DNA from: Bugula neritina
Taxonomy: Eukaryota; Animalia; Bryozoa
Length of the DNA: 64,000 bases
NCBI GenBank assembly: GCA_964035545.1
Contig: OZ037769.1
Span: forward strand, 16,026,633-16,090,632
Reading direction: 5' to 3'
Shown here: positions 41,121-54,700 of the stretch, one piece after another
How positions within the stretch are numbered: the first letter of the stretch is position 1
How the letters are laid out: every line of letters starts with the position of its first letter
Notes under the pieces: generated by a model
What the model saw: the letters and a program-made list of their open reading frames with translations, nothing else
Told to the model about the DNA's origin: nothing
Databases searched by the model: none
Translations under genes and position numbers: made by a program

Positions 41121-44100
41121 ATGATATACAACTATATTAGTGCAGTTGGTTCTATTATTAGATTAGCATATCGATTATGACTTTTCGATTGCCACCCTGA
41201 TACTATGAGTAAAATGTACAAGCATACGTGAAAGTATAGATATGATCATAAGTATAAAAATAGGTATAAGTATAAATATAAATATAGGTACAAGTATAAA
41301 ACGAATGATTATATTATTAATAATATTAGTTATACCTATAACAGTGATACCTATAACCGTAATGGTTTTTAGACTTACAGTTATCATTAACATTAGCTGA
41401 GTAATATGATTAGTTAAAATAATGGTATTCATTAATATATCATAGTTATAAGTTATAACTCTAGTCTCTAAAGAGCAACAGCAAGTGTAATTGGGATATT
41501 CATATTAAATTTCATATTCACATAGTGCAATGTTTATGTTATGAACTAATTTATTCCTTCAACATTTAACTATAAATATGATTAACACTAACTTTGACCA
41601 GCAGTATTACTAAAAGAAGCGTATTACACATATAAGATAATAAAATTCTAGTAGTGGGACTAATAGTATTACTAGGTCCGGTATTATTCTTGTTATCTTA
41701 TTCATCATTCATGAGTTATCAAATTTAAAATTACTACTTATTAGCATCAGCATATAAAAAGTAAGATCATTAGGAATAATTATCATGAGGTATGATCTAT
41801 GATTTGCATTATCCATATATAGTTTAATACCAATATGATATATTATTATTGCTGATAGTCTATGTTATAGTTAAATTTATACTTATCTTTACAGTTACCT
41901 ATAGTAGCACTTATTAGTTATTTGTGGTAGCCAAACTAATGTTTAATATTAATAAATTAAACTGAGTATCATAAAAGTGTTACTAAGAATTTTAATTATA
42001 ATCGTAATGGTGATCATATTACTTTATTATAATTATTATATTTTATCACTAATGCTAAACTGAGTTAATGTATATACTTTGAGTTTTACTATTACTCATT
42101 ATATTTACACTTATAGTAAAACTAAATATGTAAAAGTTATACTTATACTATTATTATTCGTATTTCATTAGACTTACATCTAAGATCGCAGTCCTATTAC
42201 TACTACCACTGATACTAGTACTACAACTAGTACTAGTACTGCTACTAGTACTACTACTACTACTACTAATAGTACTGTTACTACTACTACTACTAGTACT
42301 ACTACTAGGTCTACTACTGTACTAGTACAACTACAAACTTTGAAAATAACTGCAAGAAAGGTATGACTTACTCTTTTTCTTAGTCTTACTGTCACTGTGA
42401 CTCTCAGTCATAATGTAAAATAAAATTGTGAACTGTAAAGTTAAACCCAAGGCTGAAATTTATTTAATTAAATTTAGACAATCTGAATCATTGGCTCAAT
42501 CCTTGAGTTTGACTATTACTATTATTATTAGTGTTACGATTGTAATTATCATTGGCATTATCATTATGATTATGATTATGCCATTATCATTATGATTGTA
42601 ATTGTGGTAATTCTAACATTAATTATAATCATAAATTAAAAGGTAATGATTAATGATAATTATTTTCATTTTGTAATCATAATGATAATCATAATGATGT
42701 AAATTTTGATGTAAAACCAAAATACTAAAACTAAAAGTAAAAGTTATAAAATTAAATGATAAAATATTATAATCATAATGATAATGATAATTATTATATT
42801 TATTATATTATTATTGAATATATTATTTCATTAAAAAATAGGTTGCAGCTTAGCATGATTAAAATTCAGTAAAAATTAGTTTACCAACAGCAAACATGCA
42901 TGCGTCTTGTCAACATTCAATTCGTAGTGCCATAGCGAAGCCAGAATACTGGTAGTACGACTACTAGAACTACTACTACTAGTGATGGATTACAGATCCT
43001 TGGCGATTTTAGCTGTGAGTGACCTTCACCTCACATTCTCGTCATGCGCGCGGCATTAGACTAAGTAGAGGGTATAAAGCACTGAGCTGGAAAAGAAATA
43101 ATATATTTTAATTATAGGTAATACTAATGGTAATATAATTTATGGTAATATATAGGTAATATTATTGAGTTCATTGGTATGGAGTATAGACCTATCACTG
43201 ATAGTATCAGTATCAACTACCACTTACGTACTACTTCAACTTATAACTTACCTTCAACTCAAACTGCTTGGAATCATTTGTCTTTGATCATATTGGCATT
43301 GTCATTGTGAATGTGATTGAAATAACTATTAATATTTTTAGTTCAACATCAATGCCGAACATATTGTAATAACTAATAAGATAATCATAAGGTTGATATA
43401 CTTTGCTAATACTAATACTAATAGTAATATTAATAGTTATAGTAATTCAGTATCACTCTCACTCTGGTGGAGTGAGACTCAGACTTAGAGTTAGAGACAG
43501 AGTGAGTCTCGGTCCGAGTAAGTCTGAGTGTTGGTAATAGTAATACTAATAGTCATATAAATTTAAATTATATTTACTCATTACCGGCAATCACAATGGC
43601 AATAGTAACTTAAACTGTAACAGTAATGGTATGGGTATGTTTGAAATTGTCACTATCAATATTGCTATGAATCAAAATATAATGCTATCATACCAATAAT
43701 TTAAAATAGTATTACAAAGCTTCAGTAGCAACTTTTACTTGTACCAGTTTGGAATTTTGAATTATACATATTCTTAGTTAAAGTTTTCAAGTTTATTGTC
43801 AAAATGAAATTGAAATTAAAGACTTAGTAGTAAAAATTAAACTAAGACTGACTGTAAGTGACTAAGATTAAAAATAAGTAATTTTAAATATCGATTTAGT
43901 ATTTTTCTTACTCTTTGTCTTAAAATTGACTTTTATTTTGCACCTACTCCTGGTCAATGATTCTTTTTTCTATTTATATTACTATTGCTATTAGTATAAT
44001 TGACTTAAATTTAATAATAGATATGATTATATCTTTATAAATGTTATATTTGATTTTATGAATAGTAATTCGAAAACTCTTTGGTATTATTTATTTTTGA

Positions 44101-45739
44101 TCATTGTAGTTATTATCATTATATTTGTATAATAATTATGATTATCAAATTCAATATCGATATTTGTATTATGGTATGGATATCTGCCTCCATCCCATGT
44201 TCTGTTTTGCAGTGCCTTTTTACATTCACGTCTAGGTTCACATTGCGATGGTCATACTGATAGCACTTGGGGACAGTGATGAGCATAATGATTATCACTA
44301 ATATTAAGATTATCGTTATTAGGATTTAGAATAATTTATTAAACAAGCAACTTAAAACAAATGTTTTTACTAATATACATATTAATTACTAATATAAATA
44401 TACTACTATGAATATTATAATTATTATACTTTACAATTCAAAGTAAGATAATCATAATACGAACTGGTAAAACTAAATATAAAGTAAATGTAATAATACT
44501 AATAGTAGTTATCCATTCCCCTTTGGTTTCACATACTAATAATTGGAAACCTCTGTCCTAATATTATTTCTATTAATATTGCTCAAAGTTTGATCCCTAT
44601 TTAATTTTATAGTTCACTCACCAGCTACATAATTTTATTAAAATACATGTGGTATTGGTTATAGTACTAGTGAAACTTGAAGTTGAATAGCATGCTTATT
44701 ACTCACTGCTCTTTGCTTACATTATTAGGGTTACTCTTTAGTCTTAGAGATACCCTAACATAAACTTGAAAGCTGGAGGTAGTACTAGTCTAGTGCTGTG
44801 TTAATCCTACACTGTTGACTTATCAACACTGTGACTATAATTATGACTCCTAAGTCAAAGTCATTTTCATATAGTAGTAATCACTATGACAGACTGAAAG
44901 TCAGGAAGACTAAATATAATGGTAAAGTGTGTAAGAATAAATCATACTTAATCAATTACTTTTAGTTTTGTTACCAGTGTTGGGTCAACTTTCAGAATAA
45001 AGAATAAATATAATTATAAAGATAAATGGATAAATATTCCAATCATGGTTTAATGTGCCTATTTTAAGCTGTTAATTTAATTACTATAATATAAGTGCTC
45101 AAAATACAACTTTTGATTTTCATAATTATGTTTCAATTTAATACAGATACCATAGTATCATATACAGTAGAATCAGTTGTATCTTATTTAATAATGAAGT
45201 AACTTATTGGAGCTTTCACAGTTATTAATTATTCACTTGTTAGTCTTTGAACTGGGACAATGTTTGAAACTTGAAGTAGAATGAAGTTTGATTTCAGTTA
45301 CCGCAATGGTATCTGCAGTCACAATAGGAATACGCATATAACTATGTTTATATTTGTGAAAAATATATAGTCAAAACTAGATAAGGTAATAGTAATTATA
45401 ATTGGTTTCACTTTTAATATATTCCTATAAACTGGAAAATAGACAGAAGCATTTAATCATGAAAGTAAACCTAGTGGAAGTAAATCAATTCACTAAGTAT
45501 AGTAAAATATTTACTATTCAGTAAGTTTATTTACTTTAGTTAATTGTACTTGATTATTTCTGTCGGTTTTTCAGTTGATTTTTCTACCTTTTGCTATAGC
45601 ATATCAAACTACCACAAAGTCATGCTTCCGTATTACAATTATAAACATAGTGTTACTGTGTAATGTTATAGTAATGTAATAGTAATATTTGGATCATTGT
45701 AAGTATTTCTGTTGTTGTACTGATTGATAAATATTTTTT

Positions 45740-48700
45740 AGCTTGCATGGATATTTGCAACGATCAAGATGTCATTTGAACCTGGACTGGAATAAAGATG
45801 GCAAATCGAGAAGCTAGCTACAATTATTCTGCAGAAAGAAACTTGGTAAGCAAAAATAAGCTGCAGCATTAAGCAGTAAGCAATATGACGATGAACTTTG
45901 CTTGATTTTGATTGACCTTAAAATATCTGGTCACCTTTCACCAACGTGGTCCTGCGCGGGTGGCGGGTGACCTTAAAATGTCTGTTGCACGTAAAATAAA
46001 TTTTGTGACAGTCAAAAGTATGCTGATCTTTTTCGTATTTCAGTGCATCGGTGTCTTAGCTTAAGAGCTGAACCCAACAATTATGATCTAAAGCTGTTTT
46101 TTACTAGAAAGTGATTTTACTGTCTTTCTGATTATTCTTGGTTTTTCAGCTTGATGAATTGAATAAATGGAATTGATTTTGGATATTATGTAATGGATGA
46201 AAGAAACTATTTTTTGCTCGCAGATGAGTTTTTTGAACTTGACATTTTATTGATTTTGAAAGTTATAGTGAGCTTTGAACTTGCTAGCATCGTTTTTAAA
46301 GACTTGCTGCAGTTTTTATCAACATTTTTTAAGTCAATGGTGTTAGTTTGGAAGCTCTCTCACTCCTCTCTCTGTCTCTTTCTCCCACACCTTCCACTCA
46401 ACCTCTCTCTCTTTCTCTCCCTATCTCCCACCCTCCCTCTCTCCCACCCTCTGTCTCTCCCACCTTCTCCCTCTCTCTCCCACTCTCTGTCTTTCCCACC
46501 TTCTCTCTCTCCTAACCTTACTCTCCTCCCTTTTCCACTATCTCTCTGACTCTCTCCCTTTCTCTCTTCTACCCCATCTCTCTTCCATCCTCTCTCCTAA
46601 CCTTTCTCTCCCACCCCCCCCCCTCTCCCACTCTCTTTCCCTCTCTAGTTTGCATGGCTTTACCCAATTTTGGTTTATTTTTTTATTTTGTTTCAGAGTA
46701 TCCAAAAGGAAAGCTAAAATGTATTTAATATATATTATACCAACTTGAGCTTTACATATAATATCAAATAAATGCTGTGTTTTGTTAAAACAATGTTTGC
46801 AACTTTGTAGTATATTCAAATTCATAATTTATTTGTAGAGTCACACAACAAGACAGTACTCTGACACACTCACAAGTTGCCACTGATCCAGCAGTATAGA
46901 TGATTGTTTTCTCCACTGGCTGTGCTGTCACGCTTTACTGATGTGGTGTTTGAAACAATCCAATTGTTTGCCTACGCAGACTAGGGTGAGAAAAAAAGTG
47001 CGAGATGAAAGCTGTTTTTAACACCAACTACACTTAGTTTTTATTGAATGAAAAACAAAGTGAAATCATTAGTTATCAGTTAAATGACTAAATCACTGTT
47101 TATAAAGATGAAACACAAATAATCTTATAATATGCTAATGAAATTTGGCTTTCAAATAGCTTTTTTTTGTATATTTGTTGAGGAAGTTTATCTTCAACAA
47201 AACTTCGTAGCTGTTGAATATGTGGAGAGTATTTTATGTTGCATAAATTTATAGAGTAAAAGGTTCTTATCAAACTTTTACAACTTAGCTCATCTACGGT
47301 TTAAAAGTGTGAGTCACCCTTCACACTAGAGTTTTATAAAGTTTTAATGAATGTGCAGTATTTCATAAAATATTGTGTGTCTCGTAAATTTAGCTATTTA
47401 TACCTTTTCAGTGAGATTGGAGTAAACACACCTCAAAATTCACATCTGGTATCACATTGATCTATCGCAAGTCAAAGTACACCTACTAACTGGTCCTTCC
47501 TTAATACCTGCTTGCTTTTGCACTTCTACTCATTTCATATACGTAACATTTCTCTTGCAGATGAATTACATCTTTTAAGTTGTGAAAGCCTTAAATAGCA
47601 TGAAATTAATGAGGTTTAAACCGTGGCCACACTAACTATTGATGCGTTTATTGATGGGTTTAAATTACACGAAAATATTGTCTCTTTCTTTTTAGTTTCA
47701 CCTAAAGTATTACATACTATTGATGGAGGCTTTGCTGAAGTTTTTGGGTGATGATTTGTCAATACTTTTCCAGAGAAGATGATGCCACGGTGGCTGGCGT
47801 CATTATGCAGTTTCCAAATTTCTTTCGGCTTTGCTCTAGTGAAAATGTTGGAAAACAATCAACAAAAAGGTTTGTACCATAAACGAAGTTATTGTGTGCA
47901 TGTTGCCAAAGCATAAAGTGTGCCGGACATTTTTAAGTTTCTGTTGAGTTGCGTTGATGCTTTTCCTGCATGAAAAAAGTTCCAGTTTCAGTTAAAATCA
48001 CTTGCCGAGTACCCACCTATGTTTTAAATCATATTGATGCATAAGTTCTTTTTGTAATATTAAAAGTATAACTTGCCAAATTGCTATTCAATGCCCATTG
48101 AAGTTTCCAACTGTAATTAATTAGTTGATTTGGCAGCATAGTATCGATGATTGATGAAGGCAGTCGATATTATTATAAGCATAAATATCTATATCTACAT
48201 GAAGATGTCATTCCCAATGATTGTTATTCTAAAATCAGCTGATTAAGTTATCACAAACTAAACATTTTGACCAGCGGCTTTTACAATGCAACTCGGTGAA
48301 ATTTTAGACCTAGATGAATTGAATTTCTTACTGAAAATCGTGAAGGTATTAAAGTTTAAAATGAAAGTTTAAAGAGTCATCTCTCTGCGAATTCTAATAG
48401 CATGGTGCCAATTAGACTTGAAAAAATTTCAAGGCACTATAAAGCACTAAGCCCATTCTTACAAGTAGTTTCAAAGTGCACTGGAATTTCAGTTTACTTG
48501 TCATTGTATAGAATCCTGATCTACACTATATAGCATTCACTATTGCCTGCTTCTTCTAAGCATCTATAATGTAATAACTACAGTTTGCTTTGAGAAGTGA
48601 ATTTCTACTTGGTATTTTTTCCTTATCGTTCCGTTGTTTGCCAGTAGTCTTAATTTAATGGATTTTCCCTTTTCAAAAGTGGTTGTGACAATCAAAACAC

Positions 48701-48780
48701 ATCATGCAGCCTGCAACTACACAATCAGTCAGTAATTTCTTCCAACAAAGTAGCTCTTCTGGTTACTCTTGCTCACCTAA
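45740..48780 (+). pseudogene. Decayed hAT-family (ZNF862-like) transposase, inner copy; boundaries approximate
   Basis: Motifs in hAT order across stops, frameshifts and probable introns: YFLLADE (~46210), LCCHAL (~46920), IVSFFLVSPK (~47680), MMPRWLAS (~47780), FLLSCVDAFPA*KKFQFQ (~47940-47990), IAFT/LPASS dimerisation-domain-like segment (~48530-48555) and DFPFSKVV (~48660). Confidence 0.58.
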
Positions 48781-51700
48781 AAGCCTGAGCCTCATTCAAA
48801 TTGCAAGTTTTTAGAGTTGTTAATTTTTCATGCAGTCTTTCATTTTCTTTTGTTAGGCACAAAGTTAGTATTCACTAGACCTAATCTTTCATCTGCATGT
48901 ATGCCTATTGTTTGTTCATTAAAGAAAAACCTCTGCTGAATATTGAACTAATAATGAAACGAATTCCCTAAACTAAAAGTAGCAGTGTGATTTTGGTATT
49001 ACAATCAGTTGTTAGCATAGAGTCAAGTTATTGACAGGAATTTTCAAATTGAAATGAATGAATTTCATTGTAAGTCAGCAAGATTTAGTCTAAGTAAACA
49101 TAGCATTACATCATGTTCTTATTTAACATTTGCAGAAGGCAACATATATTTTAAGGATTATTGTAAACTTAAATATAATTTTAAGTACTTTCCATGTTTG
49201 TTATTGTAGATGGTCTTGTTCTTTAGGATGGATGTGACAACTCCTTGTGTCAAGCTTAACTGATTGACTACTGAATCCCAATCATATGTTTTGCCAAAAA
49301 ATGTGAAAATGGAGTGCATGTCTACTTTATTTGAGAAAATATTAAAAATACTTTTGAAACTTCATCTAGCCAAACAATACAACAGTTTCATTTCATTAAA
49401 AAATATCATTTGCACAAAAATGTATTATGTAATCCAACAATTTCTAGAAAAAAAGTGCTTTCCTCCAGTTTTGCTAATGAACTACATTTTTCATTATATG
49501 CTTGTCTTTATAATTTTATTAATTGTTTTTTTCTGGTGAGTCAATTAAAGTCAATTCAACCTAGAAAAGTCTGAATTTCAGACTTAATTTCAAGCTAGAA
49601 TATTCACATTTTTAGGTCTGCGTTTGCAAACATTGTTGTGTTACTTTACTTTTTATATTTTTTGAAATAAATATTTTTTTAGCTTGTGCCTATTCATGAT
49701 TAGAATAGTATAATAATATTTAACTTTTCTTCAATTTCAATAGATGAAAATGTTGATCAGTTGGAGTATTCAGTTTAGCTGAATTTTACTTGCTTCTGCG
49801 AAAACAATCTTTTGGAGTTGTCTGCCCTCTCTTTAGGTAATTTTTTGACCTATGGTCAACGCAATAATTATAACTTTTTAAAGATGCTTGTGAACCTAAC
49901 AATATAGCATAACTATCAAACCACATTATTCAATATCTGCATAAAATTTAGCCGATAAGCTGCCAACCAATGAGCTTGAAAAGATATTAGAATTCTAGCT
50001 CAGTGCTGCCATCAATGTAGATATTTATAATGATATAAAGCCAAAACTCATTATTTATAATGATATAAAGCCAAAACTCATTATTGCATGAAATTATCTA
50101 ACCATTCCTGACAAAGAATTGAGATAATAACTCCAAAGTTGGTCAGTTGAAACCACAGCAATAATACTTTAATCGTTATAATTGTCAGGTTTAATTTTAT
50201 ACCAAGCCCCAATAAGTACATATAACTATGACAACACAGCCTAAGCACCTCCAATGCAAGAAATTTAGTATTGTGGTGCTGCAAATCCTCCAGTTACAAA
50301 TGAGTAGAGCTTTCATGATTATTGGTCTACCATAATGTTTATTTAGTTTTAAGGCCTAGCATAGATGCTATTATATTTGGGAGGTATTTGAAAAGCTTCC
50401 AACTCCATCTTCAACTACGGGCTATTATAATTATGCCGATAAACGAGATACTACACTCAGACTGCCCTGTTATAGTACTATGATTGGCTACTGCAAAATT
50501 TTTGCCAATAGACAACATTTAATTATGATGTAATGTATCTCGTATTGGCACATAAGTGTTATGTCTGAGGACGAGATACTGTGAAATTATGCCCTGCACA
50601 TATGCCTATTTTTAAGATTATGTTCTTATATGTGCTGTCCTTTTAATATTTTTAAAGTGCTACATTTTGAGGGTAGCCTACATCAATATGACTGCCCTGT
50701 AATTGCTTGTCAACTATAAGAGTTAGACCTATAAACTGTCTCATTTTCAAATTATCTTTACTTTTCTAATTGATGTTAACATGACTATTCCTATTAGTAT
50801 TTTGGTGTTTACCATTAGTAATGTTTGAAGTAACATCAATATCATTGTTAATTTGTCTAATTATTCAAATTTTAATATTCATCATTTGTGAACAGTAATA
50901 AAATTTTGTCTTTCTTAAATTAATGTGATGCTAGATTAGCTACTCTAGCAAGTGTGTATTGTGCAATGAGTACTAATGCCATATTTTTGCACTTCTTGTT
51001 CTATATAATTTAGATTTAAGGTAACAATTCCTAAAGCTATCACATAATGCTGCTATCAGTTATAAAGATGTCACTGATCCAAACATTGAAAACCAGCTGA
51101 GTGCATGCAAGGTTGAAAACTTATTTTCTCTGGTTAGGTAAGTAGAAAGGTATTTGCTGTAATTTACAAGTATTTTGTTTTCAACATCCTTGATGTTCAT
51201 CTCTAAAAGATAAGTAGCACATAATGGTACCTGTTTTACTTAGCAGAAGAAATTATTGTCAAAGCTCTATTACTACATTTTAAATTGTATGACACTCTTT
51301 TGACTACATTTGATTTCATATCTCAAATAATTATATTTCTGACTCATGAAACTGTAACCACACACTTGAGAACAAAATAAATAATGATATGGAAGCTTTC
51401 TTTAACTTTGTCAATTTAGTCAACAGCCAATGACTGAAAACATGTTTTGTACACTATTGATTGCCTCTCTATTTCCGCTATAAGGCAGAAACTTTAATCT
51501 CAAAATTTAAGACACTGGCAATTCTTCCCAATAATACGTTGTTCAAAACAAATATTTTTTGCCAAGTAATATAGTATTTAATTATATTTTTTAGTCAAAG
51601 AAATTTGTTTGGTTTCTTGTGTCATCTTGAATAGCTTGTTATTCACTATCTTTTTCTTCGTGTTATGGCTATGAGTGTATATAACCTTTGCTGACAGGTT

Positions 51701-54700
51701 TTTCCCCCATCACTATATGTTTCTCTGTTTACTCTCTAACAGTTTTATTTCCGTTCATTTTTTAGAGTTTACTAAAATGACATGGGTGTGCTTTGTTGTG
51801 GCTCCTAATTGAGCGCATCCGTTGAGATTATTGGAAGTTTTGTTGAAACTGAGCTGAGGCCTCTTACTCCTAAAGGCAAGAATTTGAGTCATCTTAGCTA
51901 CTTGTAGCATATCAACATCGAACAGCACCATTCCACTACTCTAAGCTTAAGGTTTTGGCTGCATTAGATCAACAGGTAAGTTTAATAGTTTGTATTTCGT
52001 ACACTATTTCATGATGTCTGTTCAGCATTTACTTGGTAGCACACATTTATAGATTTTGCATTCTTTTAGTTTTTTGCAGTACAACTTTTCTACGCAACTA
52101 TTACACTGTTGTTGCTGTTAATTGTAGTTTATTCTGCTTGACCATGCAATTATTGAATTATGTTGCAAAGGTGATTGAGTCCTTTTATTTAATTTAGTAC
52201 ACACTGGAAATCTGCAGTTTTTAGCCATTTTTACATTTTAGCTGCTAATGAACAATGCTTTTTGCTTAAAATTAGTGAGACATCAAGAAATACACCTAAA
52301 TAATCAAGGTTCTTCTTAATTTTGCATGATTTCTCATGTTTTTTCCTATTTATTCATTTCATTTGGATTGCCTACTGTTACAAACTAACCGTGGCGATCC
52401 GGAGTCAGAAGTTGCTGTAATTAGAAAAAAGCATAGGAAATCAAAGAAAATTAAAAAGAGCCTTGATTATTTAGGTGTATTTATTGATATTTTTTTAGTT
52501 TCGGGCCAAAACTCATGTTCATTAGCAAAAACTTGAGATCTTCAGTATGTACTAACTTGAATAAAATGAACCAATTGCAGTAAATTTCTGCATTTTCTAA
52601 TACTTCTTAAATTTATACCTAAAATAGTGCTGTCTTAAGAAAATGACACTAGCTGCTGTTTTCATGTATGTGCCCCAATTGTATATAATGCTGTTGATTT
52701 GTTTAGTGCTTTTTCTATTTGTTTGTTATATAACTTTTCTTTTATGGTTGTTGCCAGCACCTAAAGCATTATTCTTTAGTGTCAATTAATTTCTACTCAC
52801 AGTTTTACTGTTACATAGTTTATAAAGCCCTTGTGTCAACTTTTCTAGATATCCTGGTTAAAATTGTTCTACTTGATGAATGGCATAGGGCATATGCAAT
52901 AGCAAAACAGTTGCAGGCTGTTTTGGAAAAAAAATTGTGCATATAACCTTTATTTTATACATGTTATTTAGGCTTTGGTAGAACTGTTGGAGAGCCTTCC
53001 TCTTGAATAAAGCTACTCAACTTCCCGGATTCTACTTTATTGACATTAACCCACTACCTACAAAACGCCTTGAAATTTAGCTAATAAATTATGTATTTTG
53101 TGATTTTTTTTAAATGTACAATGTTATGTATAAATTACAATCAGTTTATATATATATACATATCTTTTACTACTTAGTATTACAGTGTAAAAAGCATTTC
53201 AGGGTTAACAATTTAATTAATTGGCCCTAACAGTAATTATGTATAATACAGATTTGCAGATGCTTTAAATGAACCCAAAAAGCTGATGTTGTTAAACAGT
53301 GTACAAAATAGTCGCCTCATATCAGCCAGACATGCTTAGTCATTACCTAGCATTAAAATCATATTATGAATGCAGTCAAGATTTGATATGCATCCCTATT
53401 ATTGATAGTTTGTGAACCAGCAATTAAATATCAAGAAGCAATATTACTAACCAATGTGCTGGTTAAAGAGTTTCAAGTTGTAGTTATAGTATCAAACTAT
53501 TATAATGGCATAAAAACTATCAGTTAAAACATCTTATTAATATTTACTACAGGAATACATATTATAGGTGTGCTAAAAATCTGGTAGAAGTATCAATTAT
53601 TTTAGATGTTTTGGATTTAGTATCTCTGTACTATAATGTAATATACAGAACATCAGGTGCTGTCTCCACAGTGCATTGATGGCACTAATGAATATTAATA
53701 CATGCAGGCAGTGTTGGTAATGATTTATTGAAATAGGAGTTTAAAAACTGTTTAAACAACAATGAAAAGCCTGAGATTAGTCCAAGGAGAGGGGTATTTC
53801 AAGCTAGCAGATGAGCAATATAGATGCGAAAGTCTTGCCTAAAAATCATTATTGTTATATCTAGTCATTAATTTCTTGCAATAGATCTATTTCACTATTG
53901 AGAAGAACAAAATTAGCTAGTAAACACTGTAATAGAGTCAAGGCACTTTGGCAGTGCTAGTTTAAAATAAACCTGGGATAGTCGAATAGCAGAAGTACTT
54001 TTTGATGCATAATATAATTATGTACAGCTTAAGATTTTGCAATACTGTGTTTTCAGTGAGATATTAATTTCAATAGCTACATTAAAATAATGTACAATTC
54101 TAGCAAGTGATGCAAAATCTTCTAAGATGCTATGACTGTAGCAGTTTGCTACTAGTCTCAAGTAACAAACCAAATAGCCTTTCTTTGTGCCATCATCCAA
54201 ATGCCAAACAAATAACTCATTCACTCTGTAACAACAAGGTGGTCTCCCAAGTAGATTGTTAGACATTTCAGGCATTAATAACCAAAGGCTTTTCACTTTG
54301 GCATAATTGTATAGTTACCCAGCTAAATAAATAATGTATTCATGGTATTGTAATTCCAAGCCATGCATTTATCTGTGAATGCAGCTAAGTATTTAATACG
54401 GCCATATATTTATGTACTATGTAGCAATGCCTAATGTAGCTGTCAAGCTTCTACTTATACTCATTTTACTGATGCTTTACTTCTGATTACATGATTACAA
54501 ACATAGCAGTTCAAACAAAATTATTTTAGATAGGAATAAATATAATGCTCCTAGCAAATGTTGTAAAACTATTTTCCAAAAACATATACTTTGCAAAAAA
54601 ACTTTTCAGAAAGTTATAATGCATTTATCATATTATTGTTTCATTTAAAAGTTATAATGATAGAATATTATACTTAAAACACACTCAAATTTTTAGATTC

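Larger units (their letters stand above)
31224..50596 (+). mobile_element. Giant hAT-type DNA element, inner copy (19,373 bp), inverted relative to the outer copy
   Basis: Begins CAGTATATATTTTCC and ends GAAATTATGCCCTG. It is flanked by the 8-bp direct repeat CACATATG (31216-31223 and 50597-50604). The uninterrupted target site is preserved inside it as CATATGTG at 38254-38261. Confidence 0.92.
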
